A DNA stretch of 64,000 bases. It comes from a virus. Taxonomy: Duplodnaviria; Caudoviricetes. The DNA is taken from the IMG/VR virus record IMGVR_UViG_3300020050_010385, positions 1 through 64,000 of that record; one strand, written 5' to 3'. Each line of letters starts with the position of its first letter. Position 1 is the first letter of the stretch. The translations under genes were made by a program, and so were the position numbers. Positions 27,593-37,017 of this stretch are shown in pieces. Under the pieces are notes generated by a model. That model had not been told where the DNA came from. It was given only the letters and a program-made list of their open reading frames with translations, and did not search any database.

Positions 27593-28412
27593 CAAACCGC
27601 TCAAGGTTCTAATTGCTTGTCCGACTTGTGGGATTGATCCTGACCCCGACCGTTGGCTAAGTTCGCTATTTAAGATTCTTAACGACGTTCGACGTAATGG
27701 ATTCACGCACGCTATTTTTTGTCCGTACCGTCAGAATTGGTGGCCAGCTAACAACGAAATTTGGGACGTCGCTTTCGCTAACAAGTTCGATTACATCCTT
27801 CGGATTGACGACGACATTCACGGAGTTCCCGTTGACGGATTCACCAAGCTTCTGGAAGCTGACAAGGTTGTCATCGGTGCAGCCTATCCAAATCGCCGTT
27901 ACCCGTACACCGTTCAAGCGATGCTAAGGAGGGATCCTTCCAGAAGTTTGATTGAGACCTTTGACAAGAACGAGCAGACGTTGGAGTCGGTTCAGTTCCA
28001 CGGTTACACCGGGACGGATGTTCAGCAAGTTGACTTGATCGGGTTCGGTATGACACTTATTAAGGTAGCACCTTTTAAATACCTGGAACGCCCAATGTAC
28101 AAAGGCGACGAGGTTTGCCCGGACGATTCTTACTTCGCTCAGATTTGTTTGGACAACAACATCCCCCAATACGTGCACTGGGGTGTAAGAATTAAACATG
28201 CGCACGTTACGTTTGCCAACTCCGGGCATCTGTTTAATGCTGACGTTCTTGAAAGAAATCCCGGACTTAACGAAAAGTCGGAAAATGTATTTTTAGCTGA
28301 ACCGAATGAACCGAAAAGGGCAGTGGAAGAAAAACACCCCAATATTATGGGAAATGGGCAAAATGATCATACTAGTAATTTGTTTAAGGAGATAGAAAAT
28401 GCGAAGACATGA
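27579..28412 (+). CDS. Glycosyltransferase (GT-A fold)
   Basis: RIDDD, GFGMTLIK, DD.YF. Confidence 0.7.
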   Translation: MQKNDKPLKVLIACPTCGIDPDPDRWLSSLFKILNDVRRNGFTHAIFCPYRQNWWPANNEIWDVAFANKFDYILRIDDDIHGVPVDGFTKLLEADKVVIGAAYPNRRYPYTVQAMLRRDPSRSLIETFDKNEQTLESVQFHGYTGTDVQQVDLIGFGMTLIKVAPFKYLERPMYKGDEVCPDDSYFAQICLDNNIPQYVHWGVRIKHAHVTFANSGHLFNADVLERNPGLNEKSENVFLAEPNEPKRAVEEKHPNIMGNGQNDHTSNLFKEIENAKT

Positions 28413-28581
28413 TTTGTTAGAAAGAAAGAATGGCATTGGTCATAGCTTTCCTACAAAAGAAAAAGCTGAATTTTATAAAGAGCAGTTAGAAAAAGAAGGG
28501 TATAAAGTTTCAATTCATCAAGAAGCTAATGGGTTTGTAGCTATTGTAGAAAGAGTACCAAAAGACTATGGAACTAAGTAA
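28399..28581 (+). CDS. 60-aa protein with MRRHDLL leader
   Basis: RBS AAGGAG; directly before the protease gene. Confidence 0.65.
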   Translation: MRRHDLLERKNGIGHSFPTKEKAEFYKEQLEKEGYKVSIHQEANGFVAIVERVPKDYGTK

Positions 28582-29715
28582 ATGCAATTAAAAAACGCTA
28601 AAGACTGGCCAGAAGTTTATTCCTGCAAGTTCCTTGAAGCTGGGATTGTTTCCTATGAGGATTCCGGTGCTGGGATTGCTTTGCTCAAGAAAGAAACGAT
28701 CGACAAGATGGCTCACACCTTCATCGGTCGTCCGGTTATCATTGATCATCAAAATGTTACACCGGAGAATTACGACAAAGTGGCCGTTGGCTACGTTATC
28801 AATGTCCGTTTTTCTCCAGAAGATGCGTGGTTCTACGCTGACTTTATTGTGACGGACGACAAAGCACGGGCTTTGATCGACGAAAAAGGCTATTCAGTTT
28901 CCTGCGCCTATAATGTTTTAGACGTAGCAGAGGGGGGTTTATGGCATGACATCAAGTTCGACGGAGAGATTACTGACGGTTCATTCACGCACTTAGCGTT
29001 AGTGAATTCTCCCAGGTATGAGGATTCTAAAATCACAAAGCAGTTACCAGCGATGCTGGTGAACGGAAAGGCTGCTCATTATCTAAACAATCAGAAGGAG
29101 TGTGGAATGTCAATTTTCAAATTGTTCAAGAAGTCGGAGAACAATAAGCAGGAGGAAGCCCCGATTCACGTCGCCCTAAACGATAAAGCCGTTCCCCTTG
29201 CTGACGTTCTTTTGTACTGCCTTAATGGCAAGAAGTTAGCGTTTGAAACTTATACTGCCAGCAATGACAAAGAAAAGTACGTTGCTCAGGATTCTGACAT
29301 CGTTGACATGAACGGTAATTCTGTCAGCATCGGCGAACTCAAAGCTTGCTATCTTATGAAGTCAGAGAATGAAAAGAAAAACTCTGATGACGAAAAGAAA
29401 AAGGAAGAGGAAGCCAAGAACGCTAAGGAAGAGGAAGAAAAGGAAAAGATGGAAGCCGCAAAGAAGAATGAAAAAGAAGAAGAGGAAAAGAAAGCCAAGG
29501 AGGACGAAGAAAAAAAGAACGCTGCAGCTGAAGAAGAAAAAGCTAAGGAAGAAGAAAAAAAGAACTCCAAAGCTAAGTCCGATGCTTTCTTCCTTGAATT
29601 AAGTAATGCAAGCAAGAACTTCGACGCTCTGGAAAATGAATCTGGTTCGCCTGCTCCGAAAACACGTGCAGAACGGGCTGCTGAATTCCGAGCGAAAACC
29701 AATAAAAAAGCTTAA
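28582..29715 (+). CDS. Prohead protease-scaffold (DUF2213)
   Basis: P.IIDH, SVSCAY, HLALV..PRY; charged coiled C-terminus. Confidence 0.85.
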   Translation: MQLKNAKDWPEVYSCKFLEAGIVSYEDSGAGIALLKKETIDKMAHTFIGRPVIIDHQNVTPENYDKVAVGYVINVRFSPEDAWFYADFIVTDDKARALIDEKGYSVSCAYNVLDVAEGGLWHDIKFDGEITDGSFTHLALVNSPRYEDSKITKQLPAMLVNGKAAHYLNNQKECGMSIFKLFKKSENNKQEEAPIHVALNDKAVPLADVLLYCLNGKKLAFETYTASNDKEKYVAQDSDIVDMNGNSVSIGELKACYLMKSENEKKNSDDEKKKEEEAKNAKEEEEKEKMEAAKKNEKEEEEKKAKEDEEKKNAAAEEEKAKEEEKKNSKAKSDAFFLELSNASKNFDALENESGSPAPKTRAERAAEFRAKTNKKA

Positions 29716-29745
29716 CAATCGAAAACAAAACAGGAGGTTATAGAA

Positions 29746-30204
29746 ATGCCTATTCAATTGAATCAGTTTAAGCTCACCAACCAACTCGGTGAGGTCATGA
29801 ACCCGGCAGCAAACGTTATCGCTGTCCGTCTTTCCAGTACGTATACACCTGCGGGTGCAGCTGGTGACGTTGTTAAATTCAACGCTACCGAAGACGGTGA
29901 TACGCCAGTTGTTAACCCTGCAATCTCAGGTGACGCTGGTCAGGGTGTTATTCTTTTCAACGCAAAGAAAGCTACGTACGCTGCTTTAGACGTTACCGAA
30001 ATTGCTTTGGAAGGTACAATCGTTACAATGGCCGCTGCTGGTACACTCAGCCGTCGTCAGTTGGTTTCTTGGAACTCGGTCAGTAAATACGTTCAGGCAA
30101 CTGCCACGAACCAGAATTATATCGGTATCACCCTGGATGAAGCTTCGGCTGCAGGTGACATTGTTCGTGTGTTGATTCGTCCGACACCTAACGCATTAGC
30201 ATAA
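29746..30204 (+). CDS. Capsid decoration/cement protein
   Basis: Position before MCP; IG..LD.A..AGD.VRV. Confidence 0.7.
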   Translation: MPIQLNQFKLTNQLGEVMNPAANVIAVRLSSTYTPAGAAGDVVKFNATEDGDTPVVNPAISGDAGQGVILFNAKKATYAALDVTEIALEGTIVTMAAAGTLSRRQLVSWNSVSKYVQATATNQNYIGITLDEASAAGDIVRVLIRPTPNALA

Positions 30205-30237
30205 TTTTAAAATCAAATCCTAAGGAGGAAATTAAAA

Positions 30238-31302
30238 ATGAATTACAAAGGTATCGATCCGGACAAGTTTAAACACATGATGGAAGAAAAGTACAATACC
30301 AAGAAGTTCCGTGGTTTGGAACTTATGAACGCAAACGGTGACATTGCCACCTCTTCCCTTGCTTACCAGTACGCCACCGATCGTTTGACTTACATCCGTC
30401 AACGCATTGTGGAGCAGTCGTTCTACGAAGTTAACCCGTCAGAATACTTTGACGTTATCCCAGGTGAGGGTGCCTTCTCAGCCCAGATCATTACCCAGGC
30501 TTCCATTAAAACGGGTGCCAGTTTCAAATCTGGTAAGATCAACACCGCTGGTCACAACAGCAAATTAGCCACGGCTGATGCTGCAGTTACACCGTTCTAC
30601 ACCTACGTTCGTAACTGGGCGTTGGCAATCGAGTACAGCATCTTCGACGTTCAGCAAGCTTTGTTTACAGGTTCTTGGGATCCTGTTGAAGCTAAAGAAC
30701 GTGCCCGTAAAATGGATTACGACCTCGGTATCCAAGAAATCGCATTCCTCGGGGATTCGGATGACTTGACCAATTTCCCTGGTCTTTACAGCCAATCCGG
30801 TGTTAATATCAACACCACCTTGATCACGGCTGGAACCGGAGAATTGAACGCTATGTCCGCAGCTAACTTCTCCACCTTCGTTGGTGCAGTCGTTGGAGCG
30901 TTCTTGTCAAACTGTAACCAAACCCGTTTCCCGAATACGTTCATTATTCCTCAGGACGTATACGCTGGTTTGGCTGTTCCAGTTTCTTCGACCTACCCGA
31001 ACATCAGCATGTTGAGCTACTTGAAACAAGCTTTTGACATGATCATCCCGGGTGGGAATTTCCGCATCCTTCCTTCTGCTTACGGTATGGCAACATACAA
31101 CGCAGCAGCAGGGGTTAACAAGTCACGTTACATCTTGATGCGTCGTGACATTGATACCTTGTTCCAAGAACTCCCGGTTGAGTATCAAACAACCGCTGTC
31201 GGGACGTTGAATAACTTCAACTTCCAGAACGTCGCCTACGCTCAATACGCAGGCGTTACGGTTCTTAAACCATTGGAAATTCTCTACATTGATAAAACAT
31301 AA
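30238..31302 (+). CDS. Major capsid protein (DUF2184/HK97 fold)
   Basis: Size, position, AFLGD...GL, GV....P C-terminus. Confidence 0.85.
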   Translation: MNYKGIDPDKFKHMMEEKYNTKKFRGLELMNANGDIATSSLAYQYATDRLTYIRQRIVEQSFYEVNPSEYFDVIPGEGAFSAQIITQASIKTGASFKSGKINTAGHNSKLATADAAVTPFYTYVRNWALAIEYSIFDVQQALFTGSWDPVEAKERARKMDYDLGIQEIAFLGDSDDLTNFPGLYSQSGVNINTTLITAGTGELNAMSAANFSTFVGAVVGAFLSNCNQTRFPNTFIIPQDVYAGLAVPVSSTYPNISMLSYLKQAFDMIIPGGNFRILPSAYGMATYNAAAGVNKSRYILMRRDIDTLFQELPVEYQTTAVGTLNNFNFQNVAYAQYAGVTVLKPLEILYIDKT

Positions 31303-31315
31303 TCAATAGAGAAAT

Positions 31316-31351
31316 GGGGAGGGTAGTTTTCTAGCGACTTCTACCCTCTCC
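31316..31351 (+). terminator. Hairpin downstream of MCP
   Basis: GGGGAGGGTAG...CTACCCTCTCC; weak U-tract. Confidence 0.4.
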
Positions 31352-31594
31352 TTCCTAAAAACAAAAAGGAGTTAACGATGTATAGAATCACCAATAGTTC
31401 CAACCGTTCCTTTATCGTTAGGGCGGAAGATGTAATCAAAGGTGCCTCAGCAGGGCATAAAAAAGAAGAAAAAATCATTGAACCCGGTAAAGGTATCGTT
31501 GAAGTCTCCGATAAGCTCGGTAAGAACCTTGTGGGTTACGCAGGAATAACCGTCGTAGAAATTGTCGAAGAGAAGAAAACAAAAGGAAAATAAA

Positions 31595-32038
31595 ATGAGT
31601 TGGACACTGCCAACCGTAGCTGAATTTAAAACTCAATTTTACCGAGACTTTCCTTACGCTCCAGATAGCGATCCGAGTAACTTGGATTACGTAATTGACC
31701 TAGACATTACTAACGCAATTAACGAGGCTTTCAACAACTTTAACTACGCCTTGTTTGGTGACTTAGCTGCCAAGATATTCCTTTACTTAGCCGCTCATAC
31801 CTTGGTTTTGAATATTCGTAATTCGTCAATGGGGCTTTCTTCTTTGGCAAAGTTTGCTTTGGATTCTAGTTCGGTTGGTGGTGTTTCGATTTCAAACAAC
31901 ATCAACGATAAGTTTGCAGGGGATCCGATGTTTTCTGGATACCTAACAACGGGGTACGGAAAAAAGTACCTCGACCTTGTTTACCCGTTCACAGTCGGAA
32001 ATGTCGGAATGAGTTGTGGGTGGACTACCGCAGCCTAA
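31595..32038 (+). CDS. Head-tail adaptor (DUF4054)
   Basis: F...F..F, YL.AH, SVG.VS, T.YG..Y. Confidence 0.8.
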   Translation: MSWTLPTVAEFKTQFYRDFPYAPDSDPSNLDYVIDLDITNAINEAFNNFNYALFGDLAAKIFLYLAAHTLVLNIRNSSMGLSSLAKFALDSSSVGGVSISNNINDKFAGDPMFSGYLTTGYGKKYLDLVYPFTVGNVGMSCGWTTAA

Positions 32039-32046
32039 GGAGTTGA

Positions 32047-32598
32047 ATGAGTTCCAAGGTTACCAAAATCGGAAATTCAGGATCGGTTAAATTAGACTTA
32101 ACCAACCTGAAGTCTTTGATTAAAAACATCAACTCTCAGTACGTGGTCAAGGTAGGAATCCTTGGGGGAGACGCTTCCCAAGCGCATCAAAGAAAAGAGA
32201 CGGGTGCTCCGGCTAAGGGTGGCGGTCATAAAAAAGGCAAAAACGATTCCCCCACAACCAACGCCGAAATAGGCTTGGCGCATGAAAAAGGGATTAAGTC
32301 CAAAAACCTACCCCGACGTTCTTGGTTAGAAGTTCCTCTCCAGGATCACCTGAACGAGTATTTTAAGAAACTTGGTCCAGAAGTTATTTCTGATATGTTA
32401 GTTAATCAACCCAAGTTAGCTTTTCAGAATTTAGGGTTTGTTTGTGAGCAAATTATTCTCAAGGGGTTCGAGACTAATGGTTTCGGGAAATGGAAGGCTC
32501 TTAAACAGTCTACCATTAATGCTAAAGGTTCGGATCGGATTCTCGTTGACACAGCACAACTTAAAAAATCCATAACTTCTGAGGTAGTGACCAAGTGA
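32047..32598 (+). CDS. Neck/virion morphogenesis protein
   Basis: VKVG, HE.G...P.RS.L, STI..KG....L.DT.QL..SI. Confidence 0.75.
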   Translation: MSSKVTKIGNSGSVKLDLTNLKSLIKNINSQYVVKVGILGGDASQAHQRKETGAPAKGGGHKKGKNDSPTTNAEIGLAHEKGIKSKNLPRRSWLEVPLQDHLNEYFKKLGPEVISDMLVNQPKLAFQNLGFVCEQIILKGFETNGFGKWKALKQSTINAKGSDRILVDTAQLKKSITSEVVTK

Positions 32599-33002
32599 TT
32601 AAGAACGGTAAAGATAAAGCTTTTGGACAATCTTCTGCAGGCTTACCCGACGTTTCTCCTGCCGTGATGAACCTGTTTCAACCTGTGACCGTGGGCATTA
32701 TTAAAGCCACACAGGTGGGGGGTTACACTCAAACTATTGTTACCGAACGGATCCGGACAAAGGGCGTTCGTATCCAAAACCCCAATCAACTGGTAATGTC
32801 AAAGACGGGGGAAAGAATTTGGGACTCGGTCGAAATCTACTTTTTGAACGATATTAACCTAGCCGCCGACGATCTTTTTATCTTCCAGGGAATTCAGTAT
32901 CGAGTAGTTGCGACCGAAGAATGGACCGAGTATGGTTACAATCGTTATTCAGTTGTCCAGGATTACACTAAAATTTATAACCCGTTACCAAATGTCCTAT
33001 GA
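32595..33002 (+). CDS. Head closure/neck protein
   Basis: Position; D......YRV....W..YG. Confidence 0.6.
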   Translation: MIKNGKDKAFGQSSAGLPDVSPAVMNLFQPVTVGIIKATQVGGYTQTIVTERIRTKGVRIQNPNQLVMSKTGERIWDSVEIYFLNDINLAADDLFIFQGIQYRVVATEEWTEYGYNRYSVVQDYTKIYNPLPNVL

Positions 33003-33571
33003 TTAAATCCGACGGTATACCTCAAACTTCTCTTGACCTTTTGCGTTTGATTTTAATTAATCAAATGGGGTTGGAAGGCGACCGAGTCAATGTCTACGAC
33101 GAAAAGTGGAAGATCCCTGCTTATGAGGATTTGTTCATTACCCTTGAATACCGTAACGCACGTTGTATTTCTAATCGTAATACCTTTGTTTCTACGGGCG
33201 GTGACCCCATTGAAGAGCAGGACGTTAACATGCTGGAAAACATTACGGTGGGAGTTTTCTCCAGGGATCGTTCTGCAACGCAACGCAAAGAAGAAGTTTT
33301 GATGGCAATCATGTCTCAGTATGCTCAATTTATCCAGGAGTCTTATGCATTCAAAATAGCGAGAGTGGGTTCTATCGATGATCTTTCAAGCTTAGAGGGT
33401 GCCGCAATGCTGAAAAGATACGACGTTAACTTAACCGTCTTTGCTTGGTACCAGAAAATTATTACACCCCGATATATTTCACCACCTTTCTTAGTTCGTG
33501 TAACAGCGAACGATTCGGGTAATGGGAAAATGACAAATCAATTTACGCAGATATTAACTCAACCAACATAA
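32999..33571 (+). CDS. Tail terminator/completion protein
   Basis: Position immediately before sheath. Confidence 0.55.
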   Translation: MIKSDGIPQTSLDLLRLILINQMGLEGDRVNVYDEKWKIPAYEDLFITLEYRNARCISNRNTFVSTGGDPIEEQDVNMLENITVGVFSRDRSATQRKEEVLMAIMSQYAQFIQESYAFKIARVGSIDDLSSLEGAAMLKRYDVNLTVFAWYQKIITPRYISPPFLVRVTANDSGNGKMTNQFTQILTQPT

Positions 33572-33584
33572 AGGAGTACGATGA

Positions 33585-34949
33585 ATGTCTACACTTCCGT
33601 TGTCTAATGTAATTTCCGTGAACGTCTTCTTCCCACCTACGGGAGTCGGGGCGTTTAATGTAAACAACTTAGCTTTGTTTACTTCTGATGCTTTTTTAAG
33701 TAATCCTGATAACGACGCCTATCGGGTTTACACTTCCGCTCAGCAGGTAGGGGTTGATTTCGGAACCACGACTGAAACCTACGAACAAGCCGTTGCAGTT
33801 TTCTCCCAGCAACCGAATATCTTAGCTGGTGGTGGTACGTTGATCATCTTCCCAAGCTTTGTTAATAGCGCAATCAACGCAGTTAGCATTGCAGCAGGTG
33901 GTACGGGATACGTGGTCGGGGATGTTCTTAACGTGGTTCAGGGGGTTGCTTACGGTGGTGTGGTTCGTGTATCGAGCGTTTATGCAGGGGCGGTCACGGG
34001 AGTTACCGTGGTTTCGGGCGGTGCAGGGTATTCTGCAGCAGTCGGTTTAACTACCACTGGCGGTACGGGTAGTGGATGCACCATTACTATCTCGACAGTT
34101 ACCACTGAAACTTTAACGCAAGCTGTCGCTCGTGTGTCAGAAATGGTCTTCTTCTGCGGTATCATTTCCACGTCGTATGGTGCTAATTCAACCTGGGCAG
34201 CGTTGGCAACGGCGATTCAATCTTACGGTAATAAGCTTTTGTTCTTACCTTCGAACGCTTTGACCGATATCCCTGGAGTTTTCACTACGATTAAAAATGC
34301 AACGAATTACTACACACGTTGTTTGTATTACTCTGGTACGGCTTTGCAAGGTCGTTTGTTCGCAGCTTCTTATGCGGCTAGACTCTTGTCCGTGGACTTT
34401 ACGGGTTCCTTCACAGCCATCACAATGAACCTGAAACAACTTTCGGGTGTCACAGCTGACGCAGGGATCAATACAACTGTTGCAGCGTTGTGCGTGACGG
34501 CAGGGGTTGACGTGTACGCTTCTTACGCCAACGTTCCAGCAACCATCTCAAACGGAGCAAACAAATACGCTGATCAAGTTTTCAACCTTATCTGGTTCGT
34601 TCTCGCTCTCCAGGTAGCTGGGTATAACGCTTTAGCTACTTTGTCAACTAAGATTCCTCAGACAGATAGCGGTATGAATCTTTACAAAGGTGCTTTAAAA
34701 CAAATCTGTGAGCAAGCAGTAGCCAACGGTTACTTGGCTCCCGGGACTTGGACAGCGGTTGATACCTTCGGGAATCAGGCTGACTTCCTTAATAACATCC
34801 TTTCCAAAGGTTACTATATCTACTCTGCTCCGATCAATCTACAAACCGTTGCAGCAAGAGCAGCACGTCAAGCACCACTCGTTCAGATTGCAGTTAAAGA
34901 AGCCGGAGCAATCCAGTCCAGCGTCATCAACGTATATGTTAATCCGTAA
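33585..34949 (+). CDS. Contractile tail sheath (DUF3383)
   Basis: K.L.GV, KIPQTD.G, AV.NG..APG.W, GYYIY, R.AR, K.AGAI. Confidence 0.9.
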   Translation: MSTLPLSNVISVNVFFPPTGVGAFNVNNLALFTSDAFLSNPDNDAYRVYTSAQQVGVDFGTTTETYEQAVAVFSQQPNILAGGGTLIIFPSFVNSAINAVSIAAGGTGYVVGDVLNVVQGVAYGGVVRVSSVYAGAVTGVTVVSGGAGYSAAVGLTTTGGTGSGCTITISTVTTETLTQAVARVSEMVFFCGIISTSYGANSTWAALATAIQSYGNKLLFLPSNALTDIPGVFTTIKNATNYYTRCLYYSGTALQGRLFAASYAARLLSVDFTGSFTAITMNLKQLSGVTADAGINTTVAALCVTAGVDVYASYANVPATISNGANKYADQVFNLIWFVLALQVAGYNALATLSTKIPQTDSGMNLYKGALKQICEQAVANGYLAPGTWTAVDTFGNQADFLNNILSKGYYIYSAPINLQTVAARAARQAPLVQIAVKEAGAIQSSVINVYVNP

Positions 34950-34969
34950 TTCTAAAGAAGGAGAAAATA

Positions 34970-35425
34970 ATGTCAATTGTAGCATTAACTGGAAAAGACA
35001 CTATCACGATCAATGGTCGTAATCTTAACGACTTTGCGGATGGTGTGGTTGCAGAAATTACATTCCCAAATGACCTAGTGCAAATGAAAACGGGGAAAAA
35101 TGGTAATACGCTTTACGGTTTGAACAACACAGGAAGACAAAGCGAAGTTAATTTGAGAGTCATTCTTGGTTCATCGGACGACATCTTTTTTAACAATCTA
35201 CTCCTGAATATGCAGAGCAACTTTGCAGGCTTTGCCTTGATGGTCGGTACTTTCGTTAAAAACGTTGGGGACGGTGCTGGAAATGTGAAGCCCGTAACCT
35301 ATGTTATGTCGGGTGGGGTTTTAAAACGTCCGGTCAGTGCAATGGAGAACTCTGACGGTGACACGAATCAGTCAGTTTCCGAATGGCACTTAATGTTTAG
35401 CAACGCTCCTAGAGCGATAGGTTAA
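34970..35425 (+). CDS. Tail tube protein
   Basis: Size and position after sheath; F.DG, G..G. Confidence 0.8.
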   Translation: MSIVALTGKDTITINGRNLNDFADGVVAEITFPNDLVQMKTGKNGNTLYGLNNTGRQSEVNLRVILGSSDDIFFNNLLLNMQSNFAGFALMVGTFVKNVGDGAGNVKPVTYVMSGGVLKRPVSAMENSDGDTNQSVSEWHLMFSNAPRAIG

Positions 35426-35429
35426 GCCC

Positions 35430-35807
35430 ATGGAACCACTTAAAAAGACACTCGAGTCCGGAGTGGAACTGACAGTCAGTTTGGCTTCTTTTCCAGAAGG
35501 ACACCGCTTGTTTAAAGCGGTAACAAAAGAATTACAAAGTGTCGACTTGGCTGAGGACACCGTTCAAAAACTGTCCATGCAGTTAGTTTCCAGTGACGCA
35601 ATCGAACAAGCTTTGTGGCCTTGCATGGCACGGGCGACGTATAACGGTTTAAAAGTTAACCAAGAATTATTTGAAAATGCAGAAGCTAGATGTGACTTTC
35701 TGGAAGTCATGAAGGAGGTGCTGGCTTATAACCTCGTCCCTTTCTCAAAAAACCTAGGTTCATTGTCAACGGCCATATTCCGAAAAGATACAGATATCCT
35801 AACGTAA
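35430..35807 (+). CDS. Tail assembly chaperone
   Basis: Position; slippery sites near 3' end. Confidence 0.75.
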   Translation: MEPLKKTLESGVELTVSLASFPEGHRLFKAVTKELQSVDLAEDTVQKLSMQLVSSDAIEQALWPCMARATYNGLKVNQELFENAEARCDFLEVMKEVLAYNLVPFSKNLGSLSTAIFRKDTDILT

Positions 35808-35983
35808 GTATAAACGTTGACGATTCAGTAATTATTGTTCTTAGGTTAAGTAAACACGGATATGGTAGTATTAAAGAATTAATGGAAATGTCTTCGGAGT
35901 GGATTTTAGCAGCACTGGAGTATGACAACTTTGTTAACGAGTTAGAAAGTGCTTTTGTAGAACTGAATAAGGACGCTCGATGA
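35738..35983 (+). other. -1 frameshift extension of tail chaperone
   Basis: C CCT TTC and A AAA AAC heptamers; -1 frame open to TGA 35983. Confidence 0.7.
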
Positions 35984-37017
35984 AAATAGCTGAATTGTTT
36001 GCAGAAGTTGGTTTTAAGTTTGACTCCATTAAGTTGAGAGAGGTTACTAAGTTGCTAGGTAATCTTAATCTTTCTTCCGTGGTGGGAGCGACTTCACTAG
36101 CTACCCTAGGAAAGGGGATTGCTTCTATTATGGATCAAGCAAGTAAGGCTTCCGTAGCGTTACTCAATCTAAGAGAAGCCACGGGTTTAGATCCCCTTAG
36201 ACTCCACCAACTGGATGTTTACTTCCAGAAGTTTGGAGCCAGTGCGGGAGAAGCCCAACAAGCAATTTACAATTTAAACAAGTTACGTCTCGAAGTTCTA
36301 CAGGGTAGAGGTGACGCTCAACCGTTCATTATGACAGGGTTGTCTCCTACAACCGACACCCTTAAGCTACTGGATCAAATTCATGAAAAGTTTAGTGATA
36401 CGTCCTTCTTGAAAAACTGGGCAGGATCTTTTGCTCAGGGTGCTCAGTCTCTTCAAGAAATGCGTGCTGCCTGGAAAGACATGATTGCAAGTCAGTTCGG
36501 TTTTACTTCAAGTATGTTACGGGGTTTAGATCAATCTAATGAAAAATGGAAAGATCAATTAAAGATATTGGGTTTGAATCTGGAAGAAGTAAAAGCAAAC
36601 GCTGAGGTGCATGAAAAATGGGTTGGTGCCATGAATGACCTCAATCTTGAGACACAGAAATTAGTTACCAACTTAACTCCGATTGCTATTGAGGTTTTAA
36701 AAATTGTAGAAGCTACCACACGTTGGGTAGACAATACAAAAATTTTAGAGAACTTGTTGAAACGAGGAGTTACCAACGTTAAAGCTTACGGGTACATGGC
36801 GCACGAGGTTGGGAACAAAGGGAGTCAGTTTATAAAAGATATAATCCCTAACCTCAGAGGGATGCTGTTACCAAGCGTAGATCGTCAAATGAAACAAACA
36901 AACAATGTTACGGTGCACGTCAATGCTAACAATCCCGAAGAGTTTGTAACTAAATTTGATTCAGTATTTAAAAAATATCTTTCTAACGCTGACATTCAAT
37001 TCGGACAACAACGATGA
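35980..37017 (+). CDS. Tape measure protein (short)
   Basis: IAELF...GF N-terminus, helical, position. Confidence 0.75.
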   Translation: MKIAELFAEVGFKFDSIKLREVTKLLGNLNLSSVVGATSLATLGKGIASIMDQASKASVALLNLREATGLDPLRLHQLDVYFQKFGASAGEAQQAIYNLNKLRLEVLQGRGDAQPFIMTGLSPTTDTLKLLDQIHEKFSDTSFLKNWAGSFAQGAQSLQEMRAAWKDMIASQFGFTSSMLRGLDQSNEKWKDQLKILGLNLEEVKANAEVHEKWVGAMNDLNLETQKLVTNLTPIAIEVLKIVEATTRWVDNTKILENLLKRGVTNVKAYGYMAHEVGNKGSQFIKDIIPNLRGMLLPSVDRQMKQTNNVTVHVNANNPEEFVTKFDSVFKKYLSNADIQFGQQR

